DNA from: a virus
Taxonomy: Duplodnaviria; Caudoviricetes
Virus record (IMG/VR): IMGVR_UViG_3300009095_000011
Span: 32,001-96,000 of that record
Strand: one strand, 5' to 3'
Length of the DNA: 64,000 nt
Shown here: piece by piece, positions 47,207 to 56,600 of the stretch
Layout of the letters: every line of letters starts with the position of its first letter
How positions within the stretch are numbered: the stretch's first letter is position 1
The notes under the pieces: model-generated
What the model was told of the DNA's origin: nothing
Seen by the model: only the letters and a program-made list of their open reading frames with translations
Databases searched by the model: none
Translations under genes and position numbers: made by a program

Positions 47207-48133
47207 TTAAATAATTAAGCTTCCCTGCTGGATTTCTCCTACCCTGGTTGTGATTTCATAATCTAATCGAACTGAATCACCCTGGATTGATACATCTCTA
47301 AGGATGAAATTTTTAAGGCTATCATCTGTTGCAAATGTATTGTATAACTGCCTGAATAGAGAGGGAAACGATACTGCACCCAATGTATTACCAACTATAA
47401 GAGATGGGTCAATTCCATCGTCTGGATATTCTGGATTATCACCTCTTCGCAATTGAGATAGGATTGTGAGTGATTGTAGTAGCGTTTCTTGATATGTTAG
47501 GACTTTGAGGTCATTGTTTTCAAATGTAAGCCTTCGTAATATATCTAATCCATAAGTCTTTTCGGCTGTATTGATATTGTCTACTACAGAGGTCAAATAA
47601 AGGCTGTCAGCACCTTGAAATGTTACTTTTAATAGTACTCCTCCATTTGGTGTATAATCTTCTTCTATAAGCTGATTATTGAGGAATATTTTAGTCCATT
47701 CGTTTTGTGGATCACTACTGTTTAGTTCCTTGGCAAGTTGTTCTAATGTGTGATTTTGTTTTAGAGTAATTTCTACAAGAGGATTGGGATTGAAATTGTT
47801 TTTCTCAATTGCTGATCGTAGAAATTTACTGCTATTACTTATTGTTTGAAGTTTGGTTTTTATATCCTCTAACTCCATCAATAGTTCCCAATCTTCATGA
47901 TATGGAAATGATCGTTTATTGAGCATTAAAATTTCTATTAAAGAATTTAGTCTATATTGAAGATCGCTGAGATTAGTAAAGGCTTGTGCATCTGGTGTTG
48001 ATGTTGTACCACTGTAGTAATCAATAATAGTTTGTTTATCGTTCTCATTGAAATCTACAAAATCAGATAGTAGAGTATCAACTTGCACTCCTGAAATATG
48101 AGAAAAACGATCTATTGTATTAGAATTGTACAT
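47207..48133 (-). CDS. Baseplate wedge protein (LysM-like + gp25-like C-terminus)
   Basis: TLEQLAKEL...W..I..NNQL (LysM-like) and RGDNPEYPDDG...FATDDSL; upstream of baseplate J. Confidence 0.65.
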   Translation of the reverse strand: MYNSNTIDRFSHISGVQVDTLLSDFVDFNENDKQTIIDYYSGTTSTPDAQAFTNLSDLQYRLNSLIEILMLNKRSFPYHEDWELLMELEDIKTKLQTISNSSKFLRSAIEKNNFNPNPLVEITLKQNHTLEQLAKELNSSDPQNEWTKIFLNNQLIEEDYTPNGGVLLKVTFQGADSLYLTSVVDNINTAEKTYGLDILRRLTFENNDLKVLTYQETLLQSLTILSQLRRGDNPEYPDDGIDPSLIVGNTLGAVSFPSLFRQLYNTFATDDSLKNFILRDVSIQGDSVRLDYEITTRVGEIQQGSLII

Positions 48134-48897
48134 TATACTATTACTGATTTAACATTCTTTGCAACATTATCCATTGCTTTATTAAGTACTCCAAATGTCA
48201 TAGTTTTTGTAAGTGCTTTCTGCGGATTATCTCTGACATATTCCAATGGTGCAATGGAGGTCATTTGTAAATTATAGCGCGGGATCATGTTTTGATCCTG
48301 AGTTTGGCTATGAGTGAAATTATTTACTTTTACAAGGTAATTGTTACCTAATATTGAGTTATAAAAAAACAAGCGATGTGGATTGTTGTCGCTATCTAAT
48401 GAATCGCTCTTCATTATCATAGCTTCAAGTATTTTTATTACTCCATAACCTGTTTTTACTTGTACGCTGAAATTAGGAAAAGCAACCGATAATCCATTTT
48501 GAAATAATCCTTCCTTGTTGAATTTACCTCCCTGAGTTGAAAAAGCAAGTGCGGCTGCATCTATTTGAGTTTGTCCTATCATAAATCTCAAACGTCTGCC
48601 AAATGTTCCTTGAATTTGAATCTGAGTAGGAACAAATGTCTCACTGCTTATTGCTGTTACTCCACCTGCTGTTTTTTTTATGTTAGTGATTTTAGGTTGT
48701 GATTCGCTTACTTGCTCTGGCGCTACAGGAAAGGTTAAGAAGTCAATTACCCTACCTCTTGAATCAGTTAATTCAAATGAAATAAAATAAGCTTCAAAAT
48801 CTTTTGGAAATAAAGCATGAAGTCCTGCTTTACCTACTGTTGAAAGTAGTTGTTGATATTGAAGTGATGATTGATTAGTATTTGGTACTGTTGGCAT
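48133..48897 (-). CDS. Baseplate/tail tube initiator-like structural protein
   Basis: FPVAPEQVSES...IKKTAGG...IQIQGTFG pattern; gene position. Confidence 0.6.
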   Translation of the reverse strand: MPTVPNTNQSSLQYQQLLSTVGKAGLHALFPKDFEAYFISFELTDSRGRVIDFLTFPVAPEQVSESQPKITNIKKTAGGVTAISSETFVPTQIQIQGTFGRRLRFMIGQTQIDAAALAFSTQGGKFNKEGLFQNGLSVAFPNFSVQVKTGYGVIKILEAMIMKSDSLDSDNNPHRLFFYNSILGNNYLVKVNNFTHSQTQDQNMIPRYNLQMTSIAPLEYVRDNPQKALTKTMTFGVLNKAMDNVAKNVKSVIV

Positions 48898-49475
48898 TAA
48901 GCTTCAAATAACGCATAAGAAAAAACATTTCCATACAATTGAGCACTTTTCTTAATGATTTCCATTACTTCAAGATGTTGTTTGCTATATTGTCTTACTT
49001 GACATCCTGCACTATATGCACCAACTTTTGCATTATAATTTACAAAAGAAGTTGTATGCATATTTAATCCCCCAACATCTGTATAAATTCTACCTCCAAT
49101 GTCAAATTTTCCATCACTATCATTATCTCTCCAAACGTTAAATACATTGCCATTTTGTACTAATGCTTCATATTTACCACTATGCTTTCCAATAGTCCAG
49201 CATTTAGGATAATATCCGGGAATCAATATTGCAGTACCATTTTTATTGCCTAATTTATTTTTAAGATAATAAAGCCCTGGCTTAGTAGTGCCTTTATGTT
49301 CTATAACAACTGGCTTATTATTATCGTCACGATAGGCTATTCCAAGAACATCATTAAATTCATCTACTGTATCATATCCATTTCTGATACCAAAAAGATT
49401 GACATTATGCTTGCCACTATCGTAGAATTTATAGCCATTTTGCTTGTATAATTCTTTTACTTGATCGTAAGTCAT
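48897..49475 (-). CDS. Putative cell-wall peptidase/endolysin (YkuD-like H...SAGC motif)
   Basis: GLNMH...VGAYSAGCQV, a catalytic-like His/Cys pattern. Confidence 0.6.
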   Translation of the reverse strand: MTYDQVKELYKQNGYKFYDSGKHNVNLFGIRNGYDTVDEFNDVLGIAYRDDNNKPVVIEHKGTTKPGLYYLKNKLGNKNGTAILIPGYYPKCWTIGKHSGKYEALVQNGNVFNVWRDNDSDGKFDIGGRIYTDVGGLNMHTTSFVNYNAKVGAYSAGCQVRQYSKQHLEVMEIIKKSAQLYGNVFSYALFEA

Positions 49476-49488
49476 AGGATTAATATTT

Positions 49489-49929
49489 GTGTAAATATAG
49501 CTAAATATTGGGAGAAAATAAAAAAAGCCTCAATTATTTTGAGGCTTCCTATCTTAATTAGATTGCTGTTTAGTGTTATAAGTTATCATCTCTTTATCTT
49601 TTAGTTAGGCGTAATTTTATTCAAGCCCAGTATCACGCCACCAAAAGTTATCAATATCCTCGTCTAAGTCTTTACCAAGTTTTTGACTTGTCATTCCCTT
49701 CATATTTTCACTACCTGCCATAACATCCCATGCTGTTTTGAAAGCCTTAATGTATAATGCTTTAGTTTCCTCAACAGAAAAACTACACCTAACATCAGAT
49801 TCTTGATGTTCGTTGAAACTTTGTATGTATTTGCTATTTTTCATCGTCTTAAATTTTAGTTAAACATCTAATTGTTATATAAATATAAGACTTATATTTT
49901 AGATATGCAACTTTTGAGGAGAAATATTT
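49489..49929 (-). other. Moron-like module B, containing a cassette-like insertion
   Basis: Same promoter and terminator flanks as modules A and C; terminator at 49521-49547. Confidence 0.75.
49617..49844 (-). CDS. Hypothetical protein in the solitary cassette
   Basis: 75 aa; reads through ctacacctAAC (49783-49793) as SDVRCSF; GTTaggcgtaa at 49604. Confidence 0.65.
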   Translation of the reverse strand: MKNSKYIQSFNEHQESDVRCSFSVEETKALYIKAFKTAWDVMAGSENMKGMTSQKLGKDLDEDIDNFWWRDTGLE

Positions 49930-50169
49930 TTACAACAAAGAACCTAATCCAGTTGTTGCACCTGTTTGTGAGGTTGCCGATCCTGCTGTCGATACGGGAA
50001 TACCAGCCTGAACATCTGCACTCAATATTGCATCTCTGATTACATCAGCAAGCTTATCGCAAAATTGATCCAATAATACTTCTGGATCTTTTTTAGTAAC
50101 ATCACCGCTATTCATTTCCTCAATGATAGCTCTTATTTGTGTCTTTATTGTTTGCTTGATTACTGCCAT
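49930..50169 (-). CDS. Small spike/baseplate-associated protein
   Basis: GIPVSTAGSATSQTGATT C-terminus; follows the spike gene. Confidence 0.55.
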   Translation of the reverse strand: MAVIKQTIKTQIRAIIEEMNSGDVTKKDPEVLLDQFCDKLADVIRDAILSADVQAGIPVSTAGSATSQTGATTGLGSLL

Positions 50170-50924
50170 TAATCTAAGTTTGATTTTTCACTTAAAATAC
50201 TATCTACCTGCTCCAAATATGCTGCAATCTTAGATGAATTAAATAGTGGCCCTCCATTGTTTGTAGATATAGAAATTTCCTGAATTAAGTCTTTTAGAAG
50301 TTGGGCAAGTGTATCGCCTAACACCATTGCTTCACTTCCTTCATTGTGATTTATTACAGGAGCAATTACGTTTATCTCCTCCTCACTCTTTATTGTAGTT
50401 TTGCCACTGACATTGATATTGAACGTTCCTCTTGTGTTTAAATTAAATTCGCTTGTATTGTCTTTATTGGTAAGATTTATATTAATCTTGCCTTTCTTGG
50501 GTTGATTTGAAGATACTGAAATACTAAGATTACCATTACCATCTCCTGTGATATCTACAAAACCAAAATCTGTTTTGCGATTAAATTTAAATTGATTTTC
50601 CTTAATGTCATTAAATTCTGTCAGCTTATTGATATTAGCTACAACAATAGGAACTTTGTATTTTGGAATTACAACATAAGCAACCTGGCTACCTAAAACT
50701 CCTGTTTGTGCTGGAAAGTCTATTGTTTGAAGAATTGATTTATCACACTTCACACGTGGTATGATATTATTTTCCTCGCCTATTATGGACAGGAAACCAG
50801 TCTTTAGACATTCTCTTACATAGATATTTCGATCTACATCACTTGGAATTATGACATAGGCAAGTCCAGTGATATATCTATCACCTCCTACGCTATTTGG
50901 CCCTATTTGTCTACTAAATGACAT
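50169..50924 (-). CDS. Baseplate central spike (gpV/gp5-like)
   Basis: Beta-repeat C-terminus and EAMVLGDTL motif; gene position. Confidence 0.65.
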   Translation of the reverse strand: MSFSRQIGPNSVGGDRYITGLAYVIIPSDVDRNIYVRECLKTGFLSIIGEENNIIPRVKCDKSILQTIDFPAQTGVLGSQVAYVVIPKYKVPIVVANINKLTEFNDIKENQFKFNRKTDFGFVDITGDGNGNLSISVSSNQPKKGKININLTNKDNTSEFNLNTRGTFNINVSGKTTIKSEEEINVIAPVINHNEGSEAMVLGDTLAQLLKDLIQEISISTNNGGPLFNSSKIAAYLEQVDSILSEKSNLD

Positions 50925-53524
50925 TAATCAAATTGTCGTTTATGAAGGAAGAAATTAAACACATCTGGTTTATTGTTGCTATCTTTTCTTACCTCCCAAT
51001 TTTTTATAATATCTGCTGTCAACTTATTGTTATCTTGATTATCTTTTCTTATAAACAGCTTCTCGTCAAAATCAGTATTAACTATATTGAAATATGATAC
51101 TTTATTTTCTACTCCCTCAATTGTTCGTGGAATTATGTATTTCTCTACCATGCATCTCTCAACGACAAGAGTGGTTGTTCTATCAATACTATCTGATTTA
51201 ATGTAATTATTCTCTACATTGGTTACATAACAAATCTCTCCTGTTTGCTTTAATCTTATGCAAGTGTTTTTCTTGATTCTACGATCTCCATTGATAGTAA
51301 TCAAACCTTTGCGAGTAAATGGCAGATAGGCATTAATATCAATCATAAATTTTAAATCTCTAATGATTTGTCTTTGGTCAAAGTTAATCATTTTATCATT
51401 ATTCTTGGGAATGTATGGCTGATAATTAGTTACCTTCTCATAAGGTCTACTACCCCAAATGTCAACATATTGAGGAAACACTACAGCAGGAAGAAAGTCA
51501 AGTGAAAATGTAGTATCTGCACCATACAAAAAAGCTTGCGGTCTGAGCATGTAATAAGTGAATACATCATTATCATCAAAGCCAAGATTATAACTTATTA
51601 GGTTTTCGTTCTCAATATCAATTGCAAGGTCAACTAATTCTCTCCATGCTTCATAATTAAATGGGGGTCTGCGAGCAATGAATTTAAAACGATCCTGATA
51701 TGTATCTGTGAAGAATTCAATAAATGGTTCATCACAAAATTGCCTAATTGTTTCAGATATACTACCATTTGCTTCTGCTATGCTTGTATTTGCAATTCTG
51801 ACATTGGTTACAGATGGATCTACTTCTACATCAATTATTTGCCAAACACCTTCTTTTAGTTGATCTGTAATGTCTGGACTAACCTTTCTTTGTTTATTTA
51901 ACACATATGAATAACAAGAAGCTATTGCTTGAGATGCAGGTGCATTAATAAATCTCAATATGGAAGATTGACTTTGAGATGCTATTATTCCAATAGATGG
52001 ATTAATAAGTGTTCCCTCTAATTCATTTGGGATTTCACTATCAATATAACCGACTCCATTATAAGTGTAAGCAAACCATCCATCCTCAATGAATCCAGGT
52101 GTTTTAATTAAATTTTGATTGACAAGAAACTCAATCCATGAAACAATAGCATTGAAGGTAATATTAATCTGACCTTGGTCTTTGGCATTTTGTATATTGT
52201 ATTCAATCCTGGATTGTTTAATAAATTGTTTAGCTCTTTCTTGCGATCCACTTATGACATCTTTAGTAATCTTTTGAGCTTCACTTTCTTCACTTTTGAT
52301 TATCCTATTTCTTCGATTCCCATATCCTCTAAATACATCATTAGGCACATATCCAGTTGATGAGAGCTGATTGATAACAAGATTAATTGATTCTCTTATT
52401 GATCTATAAGCTTGAGTTGTGAATGTTTGCAATCTTCCATAAATGCGATTGCGGAATTTTAATGTATCTGCTCTTTCTGGAAATATTGCACTCATAAATT
52501 CCTGAATATAGAAATAACTTCCATCATCAAGAATTGTTTTTGATAAATCTCTTCCGGTTATATTAATTCCTATTTCAGCACTTTGAGGATTTATTTGAAT
52601 AACATTACTATCCACAAAGCCAATGAGGTCATATACTTTATTGGGAATGTCATTCTCAGATACACTAAATCTGGCTTCATTATCATTCCTATCTTGTCTC
52701 TCTAAATCAAGCGTCTCAAAACGAATAAATACAAGATCATTGCTATTTATAATGTTGTGAAAATAATATTGCTCCTGTGTAAGTTCTCCATTATCATTAT
52801 TGACCTTATAAAGTTTAGATTGTGCTGAATAATGATTTTTAAGACTATTGCTATTGTATCCAGTTATTGATCCTCTCTTTGGAAACCATTTACCTGTACT
52901 ATCTTTTTGTCCAGCAATAGGAGCTAATGTAAGACTAAATGTTGCTCCATCTCTGTAACTATTGGTAGTAACTTGCTGTACAAAGGGGGAGACATCAATG
53001 AATCCATCTATTATTCTACTCCATACCCAAACTGTTATTTGAGGATAAAAATCAACTGCTCTGCTTAATTTATTTTTATCATAAGTTGTTTTATAATCGG
53101 GATCATTAAGTAGTGCTTTAAGGTTTTCACTTACAAAGGTAGTAAATTTGTTAGTATCACTGGGTTCAAGTGAAACTGCAAAAGCATTGTCGAGCTTTAT
53201 TTGATCTTTGGGAATGAGAATTTCAGTACCTACTTTAATTAATAAATCTCTATCATCACCTTTTATGAAATCTTCATTAACTCTTAATTGATCTATTGTT
53301 GCACCCTCAACTGCATATTGATCCCATTCTTCTTCTGTATATAAAAGAAATATTCTTTGTCTGTTTGAAAATCCATTTTCATCTTGATAATTGAGTAAAT
53401 CGGTTTCTCTATTGATATAATTGAATGCAATAGAGGTTCCATTATTATCTACAAAATCAGCTACAGTAACTAATTCTGGATCATCGTGAGTTAGTGAAAT
53501 ATAAGGTTTTTGCAATTGGGCCAT
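50924..53524 (-). CDS. Baseplate hub protein
   Basis: ITGRDLSKTILDD, PFIEFFTD, RRPPF and GLITINGDRRIK motifs; follows the tape measure gene. Confidence 0.65.
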   Translation of the reverse strand: MAQLQKPYISLTHDDPELVTVADFVDNNGTSIAFNYINRETDLLNYQDENGFSNRQRIFLLYTEEEWDQYAVEGATIDQLRVNEDFIKGDDRDLLIKVGTEILIPKDQIKLDNAFAVSLEPSDTNKFTTFVSENLKALLNDPDYKTTYDKNKLSRAVDFYPQITVWVWSRIIDGFIDVSPFVQQVTTNSYRDGATFSLTLAPIAGQKDSTGKWFPKRGSITGYNSNSLKNHYSAQSKLYKVNNDNGELTQEQYYFHNIINSNDLVFIRFETLDLERQDRNDNEARFSVSENDIPNKVYDLIGFVDSNVIQINPQSAEIGINITGRDLSKTILDDGSYFYIQEFMSAIFPERADTLKFRNRIYGRLQTFTTQAYRSIRESINLVINQLSSTGYVPNDVFRGYGNRRNRIIKSEESEAQKITKDVISGSQERAKQFIKQSRIEYNIQNAKDQGQINITFNAIVSWIEFLVNQNLIKTPGFIEDGWFAYTYNGVGYIDSEIPNELEGTLINPSIGIIASQSQSSILRFINAPASQAIASCYSYVLNKQRKVSPDITDQLKEGVWQIIDVEVDPSVTNVRIANTSIAEANGSISETIRQFCDEPFIEFFTDTYQDRFKFIARRPPFNYEAWRELVDLAIDIENENLISYNLGFDDNDVFTYYMLRPQAFLYGADTTFSLDFLPAVVFPQYVDIWGSRPYEKVTNYQPYIPKNNDKMINFDQRQIIRDLKFMIDINAYLPFTRKGLITINGDRRIKKNTCIRLKQTGEICYVTNVENNYIKSDSIDRTTTLVVERCMVEKYIIPRTIEGVENKVSYFNIVNTDFDEKLFIRKDNQDNNKLTADIIKNWEVRKDSNNKPDVFNFFLHKRQFD

Positions 53525-55231
53525 TTATGGTGATACTTTAGGAGTTGCAAAAATATTACCTTGATTCTTAATCCAATCAAATATTTTTATACCCTTTGTA
53601 ACTTTATCTATTTCTTCTGCTATCTTGACCCCAACTTTTTGTCCAACATCAAGCATACCAGGAAGCAGACCATCTACAAAAGCATTTGCAATTTCAGCCT
53701 GACTTCTTACAAGGGCAGCAGTGTTTTCTCGTGCCATTTTATCTACATCGCTATCTTTCATTATTCCTTCAATGATATCCTGACCACCTCCTGACATTAT
53801 AGCTTGTCGATTTTGATAAAGTTGCCTGGTGGCTGCAAAACTCAATCCTAAGCGTTGTTGAAGTGCCATCATAGCCATTTGATCATCTCCACCAAAACGA
53901 TTACTTATATTACCCAAAACACCCTGCAAAAAACCAGGAGTTTGTAATCCTTGCTCCTGCATCTGCATAATGTCAAATATTCCAGCATTAGGATTCATTC
54001 GCCTCAATACACTAAAATTCTCTGCCCTCATTATATCATTTCCAGGTCGTGAAAGTCCTTGATTGATTTGACTAATTCTCTGCATTGATCTTGGGTCTCT
54101 CATTGAAAATCCACCACCAACATTATTAAACATTGTAATAACTCCTGTGGCTATTCCCTGATTAACTGTTTCAGCAGTCATTCCAAATTCCTGTACAAGC
54201 TGTGTTTGATTTCTTAATAACTCAGCAAATAAAACCCTATCTTCTTGCAATCCACTTGCAGCAAGTAATTTAGTTATTTCACTAAGAAGTTGATCTTGTC
54301 CTCCTGAAAATCTTCCAACTTTTAATCTTTCTTGCAATAATCCTGGATCAAGTGAGAAAGCTCTTTGTAAAGCTACAAAATTGCCAACATTGACATTTGA
54401 AGTTCCTGCGGCAGTCATTGCAGATTCAGCCTGTTGAGCAGATTCGCCCATATCAAAGCCAAACTGACTAAATCCAAACCTTCTTCTTACTCCCAATCCT
54501 CTCAATCTTGTTCGTCCAATTTCAGCAGATAATTGTTCCTCCGATGATCTACCATAAGCACCACCTAAAACAGGAACACCACCTAATATTTGAGACAAGG
54601 CAGCTTCTTCATTTCTTGCTCCAGGTAAGGCATTCAACATACCCAAACCTCTTTGTAACATATTTGCAAGAAAAGTACCTGCAAATACATCTCCCATCAC
54701 TCCACCTCTGCCACCTGCCTTACCTTTGTCTCCTAATATTTCTTCTTGTAATGATGTTTTTAGTTGATCTTCTGGACTTAATGCAGTTTTACCAAATAGC
54801 ATAGATGATAAGAAACCTCTCTTTTGCTCTTGTATTCGATCAATAACTGATTTCTTATCTTCTGCAATTTCCTCTTTGGATGTTAAACGAATAGTTTCAA
54901 TGAGTTCTCTAAGTAACTTAATTTGCATTTCATCTTGTTCAGATTCAATACGAAGAGTACCCATTGTTTTTGCAAAATCTGCTTTACTTCCTCCTGCCTG
55001 AAATGTTTCTCTTGCAGACATTTCACGACCTTCTCTTTCAAGACGGTTTCTTCGTTCTATAGCTTTGATTTGCTGTTCAATGAATTCTATTTGTTGCTTA
55101 CCTGATTGAGAATATTTACGAGCTTCCTCAATCATACCTCTTGATATTTCCTGAGAGGAACGTCTTAGTTTATCAAGAGTGGTAGAAACTCCGTTATCTA
55201 CAGCAGAAAAAGAAATTCGTCTTTCGGCCAC
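53525..55231 (-). CDS. Tape measure protein
   Basis: Helical Gly/Ala/Gln/Met-rich 568 aa, after the tube and chaperones; GTG start. Confidence 0.75.
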   Translation of the reverse strand: MAERRISFSAVDNGVSTTLDKLRRSSQEISRGMIEEARKYSQSGKQQIEFIEQQIKAIERRNRLEREGREMSARETFQAGGSKADFAKTMGTLRIESEQDEMQIKLLRELIETIRLTSKEEIAEDKKSVIDRIQEQKRGFLSSMLFGKTALSPEDQLKTSLQEEILGDKGKAGGRGGVMGDVFAGTFLANMLQRGLGMLNALPGARNEEAALSQILGGVPVLGGAYGRSSEEQLSAEIGRTRLRGLGVRRRFGFSQFGFDMGESAQQAESAMTAAGTSNVNVGNFVALQRAFSLDPGLLQERLKVGRFSGGQDQLLSEITKLLAASGLQEDRVLFAELLRNQTQLVQEFGMTAETVNQGIATGVITMFNNVGGGFSMRDPRSMQRISQINQGLSRPGNDIMRAENFSVLRRMNPNAGIFDIMQMQEQGLQTPGFLQGVLGNISNRFGGDDQMAMMALQQRLGLSFAATRQLYQNRQAIMSGGGQDIIEGIMKDSDVDKMARENTAALVRSQAEIANAFVDGLLPGMLDVGQKVGVKIAEEIDKVTKGIKIFDWIKNQGNIFATPKVSP

Positions 55232-55258
55232 TAATTTATTATGATATCTATGTACATA

Positions 55259-55588
55259 TTACTGTTTATCATCGAATAATTCAAAATTATCATCTTCAAA
55301 AAATCTATCCCAATCCTCATCTTTAGTTTCTTCATCTCTACCTCTTAACCAAATACCTGTTTTTTTGTATTCTTCAAATTGCTTTTCATCAAATATTTCA
55401 TTATGCAATTCAATTGTTAAATTTTGCTCTTCCCATTCACAAAGAATGTCAAACAAGGAAAGTTCTCTGTGAGATTCACTATTGAATCTTATATTGAATT
55501 TCTGTCTATACCAATAGTCTATGGGGAAATTTGCATTCCACCATATCATAAATTCGCGAATCGCATTTTGCGAATCTTTGGGATACAT
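55259..55588 (-). CDS. Tail assembly chaperone (second ORF)
   Basis: Lies between tube and tape measure; WWN..FPIDYWYRQKFNI.F.S..HRE. Confidence 0.6.
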   Translation of the reverse strand: MYPKDSQNAIREFMIWWNANFPIDYWYRQKFNIRFNSESHRELSLFDILCEWEEQNLTIELHNEIFDEKQFEEYKKTGIWLRGRDEETKDEDWDRFFEDDNFELFDDKQ

Positions 55589-55965
55589 TATTCACCCTCT
55601 GTTTTCGTTTCTTTCTTTTCTACTTTCTTGGCACTCTGAAATTGCTTTTTCCATTCACTATACCAGGGGAAAAACTTACTATCCATTTCTTCAATAACAG
55701 CACTAAATTCATTGGGCTTTAGATCAAGTAGATTACTTACCCTTGTGTCTTTCTTTATCTCAGGAAAGAATGCATAAAGAGCACTCATTATATCTATGAC
55801 ATCAAGAGTGGTTGAGTCGGTTATTGAACTGTACATTCCAGATGAATAGAAGGCTTGATTCTTTGAAAAATCAATAAACTTACCTATAGAGGCATTTGTT
55901 TCATAAATGTTACCTAAGATGGTTATTGCAAGTTTATCTGATGGAAGGTTTGTTTTCTGAGACAT
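55588..55965 (-). CDS. Tail assembly chaperone
   Basis: Gene position; 125 aa. Confidence 0.6.
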   Translation of the reverse strand: MSQKTNLPSDKLAITILGNIYETNASIGKFIDFSKNQAFYSSGMYSSITDSTTLDVIDIMSALYAFFPEIKKDTRVSNLLDLKPNEFSAVIEEMDSKFFPWYSEWKKQFQSAKKVEKKETKTEGE

Positions 55966-56018
55966 AAATTTGTTTTACGTTTTATTTGTGTAAATATAGA
56001 TAATATTATTCATATTAA

Positions 56019-56050
56019 CAAAAAAGAGGCAAGCTATTAACTTGCCTCCC
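56019..56050 (-). terminator. Intrinsic terminator after the tail tube gene
   Basis: gaggcaag-ctattaa-cttgcctc plus a T-run on the minus strand. Confidence 0.75.
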
Positions 56051-56106
56051 AAAACCCATGAAAAACCTGAATGAAAGAAAAGAAAAGTATTAAACTATGT
56101 CTTTTG

Positions 56107-56586
56107 TTACGAAACGTCTTTAAATAAAACAGGAGTAAGGTATTGAAAACTCTGATCTCTGGTGCTTACGTTACCTTCTGTAAGGTCAAAAGAATCATTA
56201 TCTATATGTAAATCTCTTATTGTAGCAAATGGTTCTAATTTCGCAGTTTTAATACCATTTTCAGTTACTGTATCCTCTACCTTTTTATAAATGTCAATTT
56301 GTATTCCATCTTTTAAAAGAATATTATCTGCAAAATCTTTCAAAGTATCAAATACTCTATCTATACCTTGTGGAACTGCACTATCTCTAAAAGAGACATT
56401 ATAAAAGCTGAACGACAAACTACATCGTATACGAGTTGCAGGAACTTCATCTAAGGTAAGATTACCTAATCCCTGAACTTCTCCACGTTGAATAGATTCA
56501 TTTAATCTCAGAGATCTTATTTTTGCTACAGCTACACCATTCTTTTTGACTACCGCCAAAGGTGCGGTCATTACTTTTTTTGCCAT
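56107..56586 (-). CDS. Tail tube protein
   Basis: 159 aa directly after the sheath; VQGLG...E and C-terminal SFQYLTP. Confidence 0.8.
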   Translation of the reverse strand: MAKKVMTAPLAVVKKNGVAVAKIRSLRLNESIQRGEVQGLGNLTLDEVPATRIRCSLSFSFYNVSFRDSAVPQGIDRVFDTLKDFADNILLKDGIQIDIYKKVEDTVTENGIKTAKLEPFATIRDLHIDNDSFDLTEGNVSTRDQSFQYLTPVLFKDVS

Positions 56587-56600
56587 TATGCTACTTTATT

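Noticed and set aside
55259-55965. Programmed -1 frameshift between the tail chaperones
   Set aside because: No X XXY YYZ slippery site was seen near the end of the first ORF, and the second ORF has its own ATG in a TAATG overlap.
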